A DNA stretch of 64,000 nt, taken from assembly GCA_030390025.1 (NCBI GenBank), contig CM059441.1:53196001-53260000 (forward strand). Reading direction: 5' to 3'. The notes beneath the pieces were generated by a model, which worked only from the letters and a program-made list of their open reading frames with translations, was not told the origin of the DNA and did no database searches. Positions within the stretch are counted from its first letter, which is position 1. Every line of letters begins with the position of its first letter. A program made the translations under genes and the position numbers. The stretch comes from Squalus acanthias. Lineage: Eukaryota. This document shows, piece after piece, positions 36,686 through 50,449 of this stretch.

Positions 36686-37158
36686 CACTATGTCCTGGAC
36701 GCCATCCAGGACAATGCAGGACGTTTAATTGGCACCCCAACCACCACCTTAAACAGTCACTCCCTCCACCCCCAGTGTACCGTGGCTGCAGTGTGTACCA
36801 TCTACAAGATGCGCTGCAACAACTCGTCAAGGCTTCTTCGGCAGCACCACCAAACCCGCAACCTCTTCCACCTACAAGGACAAGTGCAGCAGGCCGCATG
36901 CGAAATGCACCACCTCCAAGTTCCCCTCCAAGTCACACGAAATCCTGACTTGGAAGTATATCGCCGTTTCTTCATCGTCGCTGGGTCAAAATCCTGTAAC
37001 TTCCTTCCGTAACAGCACTGTGGGAGCACCTTCACCACACGGACTTCAGCGCTTAAAAAGGCGGCTCACCACCACATTCTCAAGGGCAATTAGGGATGGG
37101 CAATAAATGCTGGCCGTGCCAGCGACGCCAGATCCTATGAACGAATAAAACAAAAAAA
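36686..37158 (+). mobile_element. Family B LINE 3' fragment, marker copy 2
   Basis: Same 5' and 3' junctions as copy 1. Confidence 0.93.
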
Positions 37159-40100
37159 TGTAACAGGCTCGATTCAGCTAAATGGGCTCCTCCTTTATCT
37201 ATGTAACAGACTCAAGTTGCTGAATAGCCTCCTCCTGTTCATATGTATCATCATCGAAGGGGCTGAATGGTCCTGTTCCTATGTAAGAGGCGCGAGGGGC
37301 TGAACGGCCTCCTCCTGTTTCTGTGGAGAAGGCTCGATGGGCTAATTGGCCAACTGCTGTTCCTATGCAACAGTCTCGAGGGATATAATGGCCTCCTCCT
37401 GTTCCTTTGTAACAGCCTCGAGGAACTGAATGGTCTCTTCATGTTCATATGTAATAGGCTCAAGGGGATAAATGGGCCACCTCCTGGTCCTATGTAAAAG
37501 GCTCGAGGGGCTGAATTGCCTACTCCTGGTCCTATGCAATGGCCTCAAGGGGTTGATTGGCCTCCTCCTGTTCCTATGTAACAGGCTCAAGATGCTGAAT
37601 GGTCTCCTCCTGGTCATCTGTAACAGAGTCAAGGGTGCGGAATGGGCCTCCTCCAGTTCATATGTAACATCCTCGAGGGGGCTGAATGGACTCCTCCTGA
37701 TAATCTGTAACAGAGTCAAGGGGGCGGAATAGGCCTCCTCCTGTTATTATGCAACATCTTCGAGGGGTCTGAATGTCCTCCTTCTGTTCCTCTGTAACAG
37801 GCTCTAGTAGCTGAATTGCCTACTCCTGTTCATAATCAAAAGCCTCGAGGGACTGAGTGGTTTGTTCCTGTGCAACAGGTTCGACGGGCTGTGTGGCCTC
37901 CTCCTGATCCTTTGTAACAGTCTCAAGGGGTTAAATGGCCTGCTGCTGTTCCTATGTAAAAGGCTCGAGGGGGCTGATTGGCCTCCTCCTGTATCTATGT
38001 AATTGGCTCAAGGGGCTAAATGGGCATTCTCCTGTTCCTACGAAGCAGGTTCAATGTGCTGAATGACATCCTGTTCCTATGCAACAGGCTCGAGGTTCTG
38101 AATGGGCCTCCTCCTATTCCTATGCAACAGGCCCATGGGGCTGAATGGCCTACTCCTGTTTCTATGTAACCGGCTCGAGGGGCTGAATGGCCTAATCATG
38201 TTCCTATGCAAGAAGCTTGAGGGCTTTAATGGCCTCCTTCTGTTCCTTTGTAACAGTCTCAAGGAACTGAATGGTCTCTTCATGTTTGTATGTAACTGGC
38301 TCGAGGGGTTAATTGGCCTACTCCTGTACCTAAGCAACAGCCTTGCGGCAGTTGAATGGCCTCCTCCTGTTTCTATGTCACGGATTTAAGGGGATGAATG
38401 GACCTACTCCTGTTCCTATCAACAGGCTTGAAGTTCAGAATTGTCTCCTCCTGTTGCTATGTATCAGGCTCGAGTCACTGATGGCCTCCTCCTGTTCCTA
38501 TGTAACAGGCTTGATGCGCTTAACGGCCTCCTCCTGTTCCTTCGTAACAGTCTCGATGGGCTGAATGGGCCTCCTCCTGTTCCAATACAAAAGGCTCAAG
38601 GGGCTGAATGGACGCCTCCTGTCGTTTTGTAACAGGTTTGAGGGGCTGAATGGTCCTCCTTCTGTTCCTATTTAACAGGCTCAAAGGGCTGAATGACATC
38701 CTGTTCCTATGCAGCAGCTTCGAGGGGCTGAATGGGCCTCCTCCTGCTCCAATGCAACAGGATCAAGGGGCTGAATGGACTCTTCTAGTTCCTATGTAAC
38801 AGTCTGCAGGGGCTGAATGGTCTCCTCCTGTTCCTTTGTAACAGTCTCAAGGGGATAAATGGCCTCCTCCTTTTTCTATATAATCGGCGTGAGGGGCTTA
38901 ATGGTCCTATTCCTGATCCTTTGCCACCAGCTGGAGGGACTGAACAACCGCCTCCTGTTCCTGTGTGACAGTCTCGACGAGATGAATGGTCCTCCTCCTG
39001 TTCCTGTACAACAGGCTTGAGGGGCTGAATGGCCTCCTCCTGCTCCTGTGTTACAGTCTCAAGGAACTGAATGGTCTCTTCATGTTTGTACTTAACAGGC
39101 TCAAGCGGCTGATTGGCATTCTCCTGTTCATATGCAGCAGGCCCAAATGGCAGAATGGCCTGTTTAGCAGGCTCGATGGGATAAATGACCACCTCCTGGT
39201 CCTATGTAAAAGGCTCGAGGTGCTGAATGGCCTTTTCCTGTTTCAACATAATAGGCTTGACGGGCTGAATAGCCTCCTCCTATTCCTATGTAACAGGCTC
39301 GAATGGCCTTATTCGCCTCGTATGTTCCTATGTAACATTCTAGAGGGGATGAATGGCTTCCTCTTGTTTCTATGTAAAAAGTTTGAGGGCCTGAATGGCC
39401 TCCTCCTGTTCCTGTGCAACAAGCTCGAGGGAATCTATGGGCCTCCACCTTTTCCAATGCATCAGGCTCAAGGGAAAGTATGTACTCCTCCTGTCCCTTT
39501 GTAACAGTCTTGAGGGCATTAAAGGCCTCCTCCTGTTCCTAAGTAACAAGTTCGAGGGGCTGAATGGGCCTTCTTCTGTTCCTATGTAACAGGCTCAAAG
39601 GGCTGAATGACATCCTGTTTGTATGCAGCACGTTCGAGTGCTGAATGGGCCTCCTCCTGTTCCAATGCAACCGGATCAAGGGGCTGATTGAACTCTTATA
39701 GTTCCTATGTAAAAGTCTGGAGGGGCTGAATGGTCTCCTCCTGTTCCTTTGTAACAGTCTCGAGATGCTTATTGGGCCTACTCCTGTTCCTATACAACTG
39801 ACTCGAGAGGCTTATTGGCCCCCTCCTGATCATGAGTACCAGGCTCGAAGAGCTGAATGGGCCTCCTCCTTTTCCGATGCAACAGGCCCGAGGGGCTGAA
39901 TGGCCATCTCCTGTTCCTATGTAACAGGCTCGATGGGCTAAATGGTCACCTCCTGTTCTTATGTACAGGCGCGAGGGGTTGAATGGCCTCCTCCTGTTTA
40001 TATGTAACGGGCTCGAGGGGTTGAATGGGCCAACACCTGTTTCTATGCAACAGGCACTAGGGGCTGAATGGCCTGTTCCTGCCCCTTTGTAACATTCTCG

Positions 40101-40597
40101 ATGGGCTGAATTGCTTTCTCCTGTTCCTGTGTAACAGGCTTGAGGGGCTGAATTGCCTCCTCCTCATTCTATGTAACAGTCTCAAGGGGATAAATAGCCT
40201 CCTCCTGTTCCTATGTAACATCTCGAGGGGGCTGAATGGCCTCCTCCTGTTTCGATGTAATCGGCTTGAGGGGCTAAATGGGCATATTCCTGATCCTTTG
40301 CCACCAGCTCGGTGGACTGAACAACCGCCTCCTGTTCCAGAGTGACAGTCTCGACGAGATGAATGGTCCTCCTCCTGTTCCTATACAACAGCCTTGAGGA
40401 GCTCAATGGCCTCCTCTTGTTCCTATGTAACAGGCTTGCGGGGCTGAATGGGCTCCTTGTGTTCCTTTGCAACAGGCTCGAGGTTCTGAATGACCTCCTC
40501 CAGTTCAGATGTAACAGCGTCTTGGGGCTGAAGGGGCCTTCTGCTGTTCCTACACAACAGGCTCTAGGGGCTGATTGGCCTCCTCTTGTTCCTATGT

Positions 40598-41071
40598 CAC
40601 TATGTCCTGGACACCATCCAGGACAATGCAGGCCGCTTGATTGGCACCCCATCTACCACCTTAAACATTCACTCCCTCCACGCCCAGCGTACCGTGGCTG
40701 CAGTGTGTACCATCTACAAGATGCGCTGCAACAACTCGTCAATGCTTCTTCGGCAGCACCTCCCAAACCCGCAACCTCTTCCACCTACAAGGACAAGGGC
40801 AGCAGGCGCATGCGAAATGCACCACCTCCAAGTTCCCCTCCAAGTCACACACCATCCTGACTTGGAAGTATATCGCCGTTTCTTCATCGTCGCTGGGTCA
40901 AAATCCTGTAACATACTTCCGTTACAGCACTGTGGGAGCTCCTTCACCACACGGACTTCAGCGGTTCAAGAAGGCGGCTCACCACCACATTCTCAAGGGC
41001 AATTAGGGATGGGCAATAAATGCTGGCCTTGCCAGTGATGCCAGATCCTATGAAGGAATAAAGCAAAAAAA
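40598..41071 (+). mobile_element. Family B LINE 3' fragment, marker copy 3
   Basis: Same junctions as copy 1. Confidence 0.93.
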
Positions 41072-44000
41072 TGTAACAGGCTCGATTCAGCTAAATGGGC
41101 TCCTCCTTTATCTATGTTACAGGCTCAAGTTGCTGAATAGGTTCCTCCTGTTCATATGTATCATCCTCGAGGGGGCTGAATGGTCCTGTTCCTATGTAAG
41201 AGATGCGAGGGGCTGAACGGCCTCCTCCTGTTTCTGTGGAGAAGGCTCACGGGGCTAAATGGCCTCATCTTGTTCCTATGTAACAGGCTCACGGGTCTGA
41301 ATGGGCCTCCTCCTGCTCCTATGCAACAGGCCCATGGGGTTGAATGGCTGACTCCTGTTTCTATGTAAAAGGCTCGATGGGCTAATTGGCCAACTGCTGT
41401 TCCTATGTAACCAGCTTGAGGGGCTGAATGGCCATCTCCTGTTCCTTTGTAACAGCCTCGAGGAACTGAATGGTCTCTTCATGTTCATATGTAATAGGCT
41501 CGAGGGGATAAATGGGCCACCTCCTGGTCGTATGTAATAGGCTCGAGGGGCTGAATTACCTACTCCTGTTCCTATGCAATGGCCTCGAGGGGTTGATTGG
41601 CCTCCTCCTGTTCCTATGTAACAGGCTCAAGATGCTGAATGGTCTCCTCCTGGGCATCTGTAACAGAGTCAAGGGTGCGGAATGGGCCTCCTCCAGTTCA
41701 TATGTAACATCCTCGAGGGGGCTGAATGGACTCCTCCTGTTCATCTGTAACAGAGTCAAGGGGGCGGAATAGGCCTCCTCCTGTTATTATGCAACATCCT
41801 CGAGGGGTCTGAATGTGCTCCTTCTGTTCCTCTGTAACATGCTCAAGTAGCTGAATTGCCTACTCCAGTTCGTATGCAAAAGGCTCGAGGGGCTGAATGG
41901 GCTCCTCCTGTATCTATGTAATTGGCTCGAGGGGCTGAATGGCCTAATCATGTTCCTATGCAAGAAGCTTGAGGGATTTAATGGCCTCCTTCTGTTCCTT
42001 TGTAACAGTCTCAAGGAACTGAATGGTCTCTTCATGTTTGTATGTAACTGGCTCGAGGGGTTAATTGGCCTACTCCTGTACCTAAGCAACAGCCTTGCGG
42101 CAGTTGAATGGCCTCCTCCTGTTTCTATGTGACAGATTTAAGGGGATGAATGGACCTACTCCTGTTCCTGTGCAACAGGCTTGAAGTTCAGAATTGTCAC
42201 ATCCTGTTGCTATGTATCAGGCTCGAGTCGCTGATGGCCTCCTCCTGTTCCTATGTAACATGCTTGATGCGCTTAACAGCCTGCTCCTGTTCCTTCGTAA
42301 CAGTCTCGATGGGCTGAATGGGCCTCCTCCTGTTCCAATACAAAAAGCTCAAGGGGCTGAATGGCCGCCTCCTGTCGTTTTGTAACAGGTTTGAGGGGCT
42401 GAATGGCCCTCCTTCTGTTCCTATGTAACAGGCTCAAAGGGCTGAATGACATCCTGTTCCGAAGCAGCAGCTTCGAGGGGCTGAATGGGCCTCCTCCTGC
42501 TCCAATGCAACAGGATCAAGGGGCTGAATGTACTCTTCTAGTTCCTATGTAACAGTCTGCCTGACATCCTGTCGATGCAGCAGCTTCGAGGGGCTGAATG
42601 GGCCTCCTCCTGCTCCAATGCAACAGGATCAAGGGGCTGAATGGACTCTTCTAGTTCCTATGTAACAGTCTGCAGGGGCTGAATGGTCTCCTCCTGTTCC
42701 TTTGTAACAGTCTCAAGGGGATAAATGGCCTCCTCCTTTTCCTATGTAATCGGCTTGAGGGGCTTAATGGTCCTATTCCTGATCCTTTGCCACCAGCTGG
42801 AGGGACTGAACAACCACCTCCTGTTCCTGTGTGACATTCTCGACGAGATGAATGGTCCTCCTCCTGTTCCTATACAACAGGCTTGAGGGGCTGAATGGCA
42901 TCCTCCTGTTCCTGTGTTACAGTCTCGAGGGGCTGAATGGCCTCCTCATGTTCCTATGTAACAGGCTCGAGGGGCTGAATGGCCTCCTCATGTTCCTATG
43001 TAACAGGCTCGAGGGGCTGAATGGCCTCCAACAGTTAGTATGTTACAGCCTCAAAGGGCTGAATGTGAAGACTTATTTTCCTATGCAACAGGCACGAGGT
43101 TCTGAATGGCCTTCTCCTGTTCATATGTAACAGCCTCGTGGGGCTGAATGGCCTCCGCCTGTTCCTTTGCCACAGCTTCGAGGGGCTGAATGGCCTGTTC
43201 ATTTAACTTTGCAACAGGTTTGAGAGGCTGAATGGCCTCCTCCTATTCCTTTGTAACAGTGTCGAGGGGCTGAATTGCCTTCTCCTCTTCCTGTGTTACC
43301 GTGTCGAGGGGCTGAATTGCCTTCTCCTCTTCCTGTGTAACAGTTTCGAGGGGCTGAATTGCCTTCTCCTCTTACTGTGTAACAGGCCTGAGGGGCTGAA
43401 TTGCCTCCTCATCATCCTATGTAACAGGCTCATGGGGATAAATGGCCTCCTCCTGTTCCTATGTAACAACTCGAGAGGTCTGAATAGCCTCCTCCTGTCT
43501 CTATGTAAACGGCTTGAGGGGCTAAATGGGCCTACTCCTGGTCCTTGCCAGCTCGAGGGACTGAACAACTGCCTCCTGTTCCTGTGTGACAGTCTCGACG
43601 AGATGAATGGTCCTCCTCCTGTTCCTATACAACAGGCTTGAGGGGCTGAATGGCCTCCTCCTGCTCCTGTGTTACAGTCTCAAGGAACTGAATGGTCTCT
43701 TCATGTTTGTTCTTAACAGGCTCAAGCGGCTGATTGGCATTCTCCTGTTCATATGCAGCAGTCCCAAATGGCAGAATAGCCTGTTTAGCAGGCTCGATGG
43801 GATAAATGGCCACCTCCTGGTCCTATGTAAAAGGCTCGAGTTGCTGAATGGCCTCTTCCTGTTTCAACATAATGGGCTTGACGGGCTGAATAGCCTCCTC
43901 CTATTCCTATGTAACAGGCTCGAATGGCCTTATGGGCCTCGTCCTGTTCCTTTGTAACATTCTAGAGGGGATGAATGGCTTCCTCCTGTTTCTATGTAAA

Positions 44001-45260
44001 AAGTTTGAGGGCCTGAATGGCCTCCTCCTGTTCCTATGCAACAGGCACAAAGGGCTGAATGGACTACTCCTGTTCCAATGCAACAGGCTCGAGGGACTTT
44101 ATTGGCCTCCACCTTTTCCAATGCATCAGGCTCAAGGGAAAGTATGTACTCCTCCTGTCCCTTTGTAACAGTCTTGAGGGCTTGAAAGACCTCCTCCTGT
44201 TCCTAAGTAACAAGTGCGAGGGGCTGAATGGGCCTTCTTCTGTTCCTATGTAACAGGCTCAAAGGGCTGAATGACATCCTGTTTGTATGCAGCACGTTCG
44301 AGGGCTGAATGGGCCTCCTCCTGTTCCAATGCAACCAGATCAAGGGGCTGAATGAACTCTTATAGTTCCTATGTAACAGTCTGGAGGGGCTGAATGGTCT
44401 CCTCCTGTTCCTTTGTAACAGTCTCGAGATGCTTATTGGGCCTACTCCTGTTCCTATACAATTGGCTCGAGAGGCTTATAGGCCCCCGCCTGATCATGAG
44501 TACCAGGCTCAAAGGCTGAATGGGCCTCCTCCTTTTCCAATGCAACAGGCCCGAGGGGCTGAATGGCCTTCTCCTGTTCCTATGTAACAGGCTCGATGGG
44601 CTAAATGGTCACCTCCTGTTCTTATGTACAGGCTCGAGGGGTTGAATGGCCTCCTGCTGTTTATATGTAACGGGCTCGAGGGGTTGAATGGGCCGTCACC
44701 TGTTTCTATGCAACAGGCACTAGGGGCTGAATGGCCTGTTCCTGTCCCTTTGTAACATTCTCGAGGGGCTGAATTGCTTTCTCCTCTTCCTGTGTAACAG
44801 GCTTGAGGGGCTGAATTGCCTCCTCCTCATTCTATGTAACAGTCTCAAGGGGATAAATGGCCTCCTCCTGTTCCTATGTAACATCTCGAGGGGGCTGAAT
44901 GGCCTCCTCCTGTTTCTATGTAATCAGCTTGAAGGGCTAAATGGCCCTACTCCTCATCCTTTGCCAACAGCTCGATGGACTGAACAACCGCCTCCTGTAC
45001 CTGTGTGACAGACTCGACGAGATGAATGGTCCTCCTCCTGTTCCTATACAACAGGCTTGAGGAGCTCAATGGCCTCCTCTTGTTCCTATGTAACAGGCTT
45101 GCGGGGCTGAATGGGCTCCTCGTGTTCCTTTGTAACTGGCTCGAGGTTGTGAATGGCCTCCTCCAGTTCAGATGTAACAGCGTCTTGGGACTGAAGGGGT
45201 CTTCTGCTGTTCCTACGCAACAGGCTCTAGTGGCTGATTGGCCTCCTCTTGTTCCTATGT

Positions 45261-45432
45261 CACTATGTCCTGGACACCATCCAGGACAATGCAGGCCGCT
45301 TGATTGGCATCCCATCCACCACCTGAAACATTCACTCCCTCCACCCCCAGCATACCGTGGCTGCAGTGTGTTCCATCTACAAGATACGCTGCAACAACTC
45401 GTCAAGGCTTCTTCGGCAGCACCTCCCAAACC
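45261..45432 (+). mobile_element. Family B LINE 3' fragment, marker copy 4 (3' part deleted)
   Basis: Same 5' junction; ends at cacctcccaaacc and rejoins the satellite. Confidence 0.9.
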
Positions 45433-48400
45433 TTCTCTTCATGTTCATATGTAACAGTCTCGAGGGGCTGAATGGGCCTTCTCCTGTTCCTATGTAACAG
45501 GCCCAAATGGCAGAATGGCCTGTTTAGCAGGCTCGGTGGGCTAAATGACCAGCTCCTGGTCCTATGTAAAAGGCTTGAGGGGCTGAATTGCCTACTCCTG
45601 TTCCTATGCAACAGCCTCGAGCGGTTGATTGGCCTGCTCCTGTTCCTATGTAACAGGCTCAAGATGCAGAATGGTCTCTTCCTGGTCATCTGTAACAGAG
45701 TCATGGTTGTCCCCTGTTTCAATGTAACTGGCTCGAGCGGCTGAATCAGCCTACTTCTGTTCCTATGCAACAGGCTCGAGGGGCTGAATCAGCCTACTTC
45801 TGTTCCAATGCAACAGGATCAAGGGGCTGAATGGACCCTTCTCGTTCCTTTGTAACAGCCTGGAGGGGCTGAATGGTCTCCTCCTGTTTCTTTCTAACAT
45901 TCTCGAGATGCTTATTGGGCCTACTCCTGTTCCTAAAGAACTGGCTCGAGAGACTTAATGGCCCCCTCCTGATCATGTCTACCAGGCCCGAAGGCCTGAA
46001 TGGGCCTCCTCCTTTTCCGATGCAACAGTCCCGAGGGGCTGGATGGCCTTCTCCTTTTCCAATGTAACAGGCTCGATGCGCTAAATGGTCACCTCCTCTT
46101 CTTATGTACAGGCTTGAGGGGTTGAATGGCCTCCTCCTGTTTCAATGTAACGGGCTCAATGGGCCTACACGTGGTCCTATGCAACAGGTTCTCAGGGCTG
46201 AATGGCCTCCTCCTGTCCCTTTGTAACAGTCTTGAGGCGCTGAATGGCCTCCTCTTTGTTCCTATGTAACAGGCTCAAGCGGCTGAATTGGGCGCCTGCT
46301 ACTTGTATGCATCAGGCCCTAAGGGCTGAATGGCCTGTGTAACTGGATCAAAGGTATGAATGGCCACCTCCTGTTCCGATGTAAAATGTTTGAGGAGCTG
46401 AATGGCCTCCTCCTGTTCATATGCCACAGCTTCGAGGGGCTGAATGGCCTGTTACTTTTCCTATGCAACAGGTTCGAGGGGCTGATTGGCCTCCTCCTGT
46501 TCCTATGCAACAGGCTCAAGATGCTGAATGGTCTCCTCCTGGGCATCTGTAACAGAGTCAAGGGTGTGGAATGGGCCTCCTCCAGTTCATATGTAACATC
46601 CTCGAGGGTGCTGAATGGCCTCCTCCTGTTCCTCTGTAACAGAGTCAAGGGGGCAGAATAGGCCTCCTCCTGTTATTATGCAACATCCTCGAGGGGTCTG
46701 AATGTCCTCCTTCTGTTCCTCTGTAACAGGCTCAAGTAGCTGAATTGCCTACTCCTGTTCTTATGCAAAAGCCTCGATGGGCTGAGTGGTCTGTTACTGT
46801 GCAACAGGTTCGACGGGCTGTATGGCCTCCTCCTGATCCTTTGTAACAGTCTCAAGGGGTTAAATGGCCTCCTGCTGTTCCTATGTAAATGGCTCGAGTG
46901 GGGCTGAATGGCCTCCTCCTATATCTATGTAATTGGCTCGAGGGGCTAAATGGCATTCTCCTGTTCCTACAAAGCAGGCTCAATGTGCTGAATGACATCC
47001 TGTTCCTATGCAACAGGCTCAAGATTCTGAATGGGCCTCCTCCTATTTCTATGCAACAGGCCCATGGGGCTGAATGGCCTACTCCTGTTTCTATGTAACA
47101 GGCTCGAGGGGCTGAATGGCCTAATCATGTTCCTATGTAAGAAGCTCGGGGGATTTAATGGCCTCCTCCTGTTCCTTTGTAGCATTCTCGAGGAACTGAA
47201 TGGTCTCTTCATGTTCGTATGTAACAGGCTCGAGGGGTTAATTGGCCTCCTCCTTTTCCTAAGCAACAGGCTTGCAGTAGCTGAATGGCCTCTTCCTGTT
47301 TCTATGTGACAGATTTAAGAGGATGAATCGAACTACTCCTGTTCCTATGCAAAAGGATTGAAGTTCAGAATTGTCTCCTCCTGTTGCTATGCATCAGGCT
47401 CGTGTCGCTGATGGCCTCCTCCTGTTCCTATGTAACAGGCTTGATGCGCTGAACGGCCTCCTCCTGTTCCTCTGTAACAGTCTCGAAGGGTTGAATGGGC
47501 CTCCTCCTGTTCCAATGCAACAGGATCAAGGGGCTGAATGGACTCTTCAAGTTCCTATGTAACAGTCTGCAGGGGCTGAATGGTCTCCTCCTGTTCCTTT
47601 GTAACAGTCTCAAGGGGATAAATGGCCTCCTCCTGTTCCTATACAACTGGCTCGAGAGGCTTATTGGCCCCCTCCTGATCATGAGTACCAGGCTCGAAGG
47701 GCTGAATGGGCCTCCTCCTTTTCCAATGCAACAGGCCCGAGGGGCTGAATTGCCTTCTCCTGTTCCTATGTAACAGACTCGATGGGCTAAATGGCCAACT
47801 CTTGTTCTTATGTACAGGCTCAAGGGGTTGATTGGCCTCCTCCTGTTCCTATGGAACAGGCTTGAGGCGCAGAACGGCCTCCTCATTTTCCTTCGTAACA
47901 GTCTCGAGGGGCTGAATGCGCCTCCTCCTGTTCCAATACAACAGGCTCAAGGGGCTGAATGGACTCCTCCTGTCGCTTTGTAACAGTCTTGATGGCCTGA
48001 AAGGCCTCCTCCTGTTCTAAAGTAACAGGTTGGAGGAGCTGAATGGGCCTTCTTCTGTTCCTATGTAACAGGCTCAAAGAGCTGAATGCCATCCTGTTCC
48101 GATGCAGCAGGTTCGAGGGGTTGAATGGGCCTCCTCCTGTTCCAATGCAACAGGATCAAGGGGCTGAATGGACCCTTCTCGTTCCTTTGTAACAGCTTGG
48201 AGGGGCTGAATGGTCTCCTCCTGTTTCTTTCTAACATTCTCGAGATGCTTATTGGGCCTACTCCTGTTCCTCAAGAACTGGCTCGAGAGACTTAATGGCC
48301 CCCTCCTGATCATGTGTACCAGGCCCGAAGGCCTGAATGGGCCTCCTCCTTTTCCGATGCAACAGTCCCGAGGGGCTGGATGGCCTTCTCCTTTTCCAAT

Positions 48401-49181
48401 GTAACAGGCTCGATGCGCTAAATGGTCACCTCCTCTTCTTATGTACAGGCTTGAGGGGTTGAATGGCCTCCTCCTGTTTCAATGTAACGGGCTCAATGGG
48501 CCTACACGTGGTCCTATGCAACAGGTTCTCAGGGCTGAATGGCCTCCTCCTGTCCCTTTGTAACAGTCTTGAGGCGCTGAATGGCCTCCTCTTTGTTCCT
48601 ATGTAACAGGCTCAAGCGGCTGAATGGGGCGCCTGCTACTTGTATGCATCAGGCCCTACGGGCTGAATGGCCTGTGTAACTGGATCAAAGGTATGAATGG
48701 CCACCTCCTGTTCCGATGTAAAATGTTCGAGGAGCTGAATGGCCTCCTCCTGTTCATATGCCACAGCTTCGAGGGGCTGAATGGCCTGTTACTTTTCCTA
48801 TGCAACAGGTTCGAGGGGCTGATTGGCCTCCTCCTGTTTCTATATAATCGGCTTGAGGGGCTAAATGAGCCTACTCCTGATCCTTTGCAACCAGCTCGAG
48901 GGTCTGAACAACCACCTCCTGTTCGTGTGTGACAGTCTCGACGAGATGAATGGTCCTCCTGTTCCTATACAACAGGCTTGAGGGGCTGAATGGGCTCCTC
49001 GTGTTCCTATGCAATAGTCTCGAGGGGCTGAATGGCCTCCTCCTGTTCCTTTGTAACAGGCCCGAGTTTCTGAATGGCCTCCTCCAGTTCAGATGTAACA
49101 GCGTCGTGGGGCTGAAGGGGCCGTCTCCTGTTCCTACGCAACTGGCTCAAGGGGCTGATTGGCCCCCACTTGTTCCTATGT

Positions 49182-49651
49182 CACTATGTCCTGGACACCA
49201 TCCAGGACAATACAGCCTGCTTGATTGGCACCCCATTCACCACCTTAAATACTCACTCCCTCCACCACCAGTGTACCGTGCCTGCAGTGTGTACCATCTA
49301 CAAGATGCGCTGCAGCAACTCGTCAAGGATTCTTCGGCAGCACCTCCCAAACCCACGACCTCTACCACCTAGGACAAGGGCAGCAGGCGCATGGGAACAC
49401 CACCACCTCCAAGTTCCCCTCCAAGTCACACACCATCCTGACTTGGAAGTATATCGCTGTTCCTTCATCGTCGCTGGGTCAAAATTCTGTAACTCCCTCC
49501 ATAGCAGCACTGTGGGAGTACCTTCACCACATGGACTTCAGCGCTTCAAGAAGGTGGCTCACCACCATCTTCTCAAGGGCAATTAGGGATGGGCAATAAA
49601 TGCTGGCCTTGCCAGCGATGCCAGATCCCATGAACAAATAAAACAAAAAAA
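49182..49651 (+). mobile_element. Family B LINE 3' fragment, marker copy 5
   Basis: Same junctions; keeps ancestral gcatgggaacaccaccacc (WEHHH). Confidence 0.93.
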
Positions 49652-50115
49652 TGTTTCAGGCTCGAGTCAACTAAAGGAGCTCCTCCTGTTCCTATGAAAC
49701 AGACTCAAGTTGCTGAATGGTCTCCTCCTGTTCATCTGTAACATCCTCGAGGTGGCTGAATGGTCCTGCTCCTGTTCTGATGTAAGAGGCGCGAGGTGCT
49801 GAACGGCTTCCTCTTGTTTCTGTGGAGCAGGCTCACGGAGCTAAATGGCCTCATCTTGTTCCTATGTAACAGGCGCGAGGGTCTGAATGGCCTACTCCTG
49901 TTCCTGTGCAACAGGCCCATGGGGCTGAATGGCCTAATCATGTTCCTATGTAACAAGCTCGAGGGAGTTAATGGCCTCCACCTGTTCCATTGTAACAGTC
50001 TCGAGGAACTGAATGGTCTCTTCATGTTCGTATGTAACAGGCTCGAGGGGCTGAATGGCCTTCTCTTGTTCCTATGCAACAGGCTTGAGGGGCTGAATGG
50101 GTCTCCTCCTGTTCC

Positions 50116-50449
50116 TTGGCTAGAGGCGCGGCTAGTTCTGGAGCACAAGTCTTCAGCACGACAGCTGGGATGTTGTCGGGGCCCACAGCCTTTGCTGTAT
50201 CCAGTGTGCTCTGCCATTTCTTGATATCATGTGGAGTGAATTGAAATGGCTGAAGACTGGCTTCTGTGGTGGTGGGGACTTCAGGAGGAGGCCAATATGG
50301 ATCATCTACTTGGTATTTCTGGTTGCAAACGCTTCAGCTTTGTCTTTTGCTGGGCTCCACCATCATTGTGGATGGAGATATTCATGGAGCCTCCTCCTCC
50401 CGTTTGTTCTTTAATGGTCCACCATCATTCACGACTGGATGTGGCAGGA
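50116..50449 (-). mobile_element. Internal fragment of family B ORF2 embedded in the satellite
   Basis: ttggctagaggcgcggctagttctggagcacaagtcttcagcacg...ggatgtggcagga matches 2532-2885. Confidence 0.9.
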
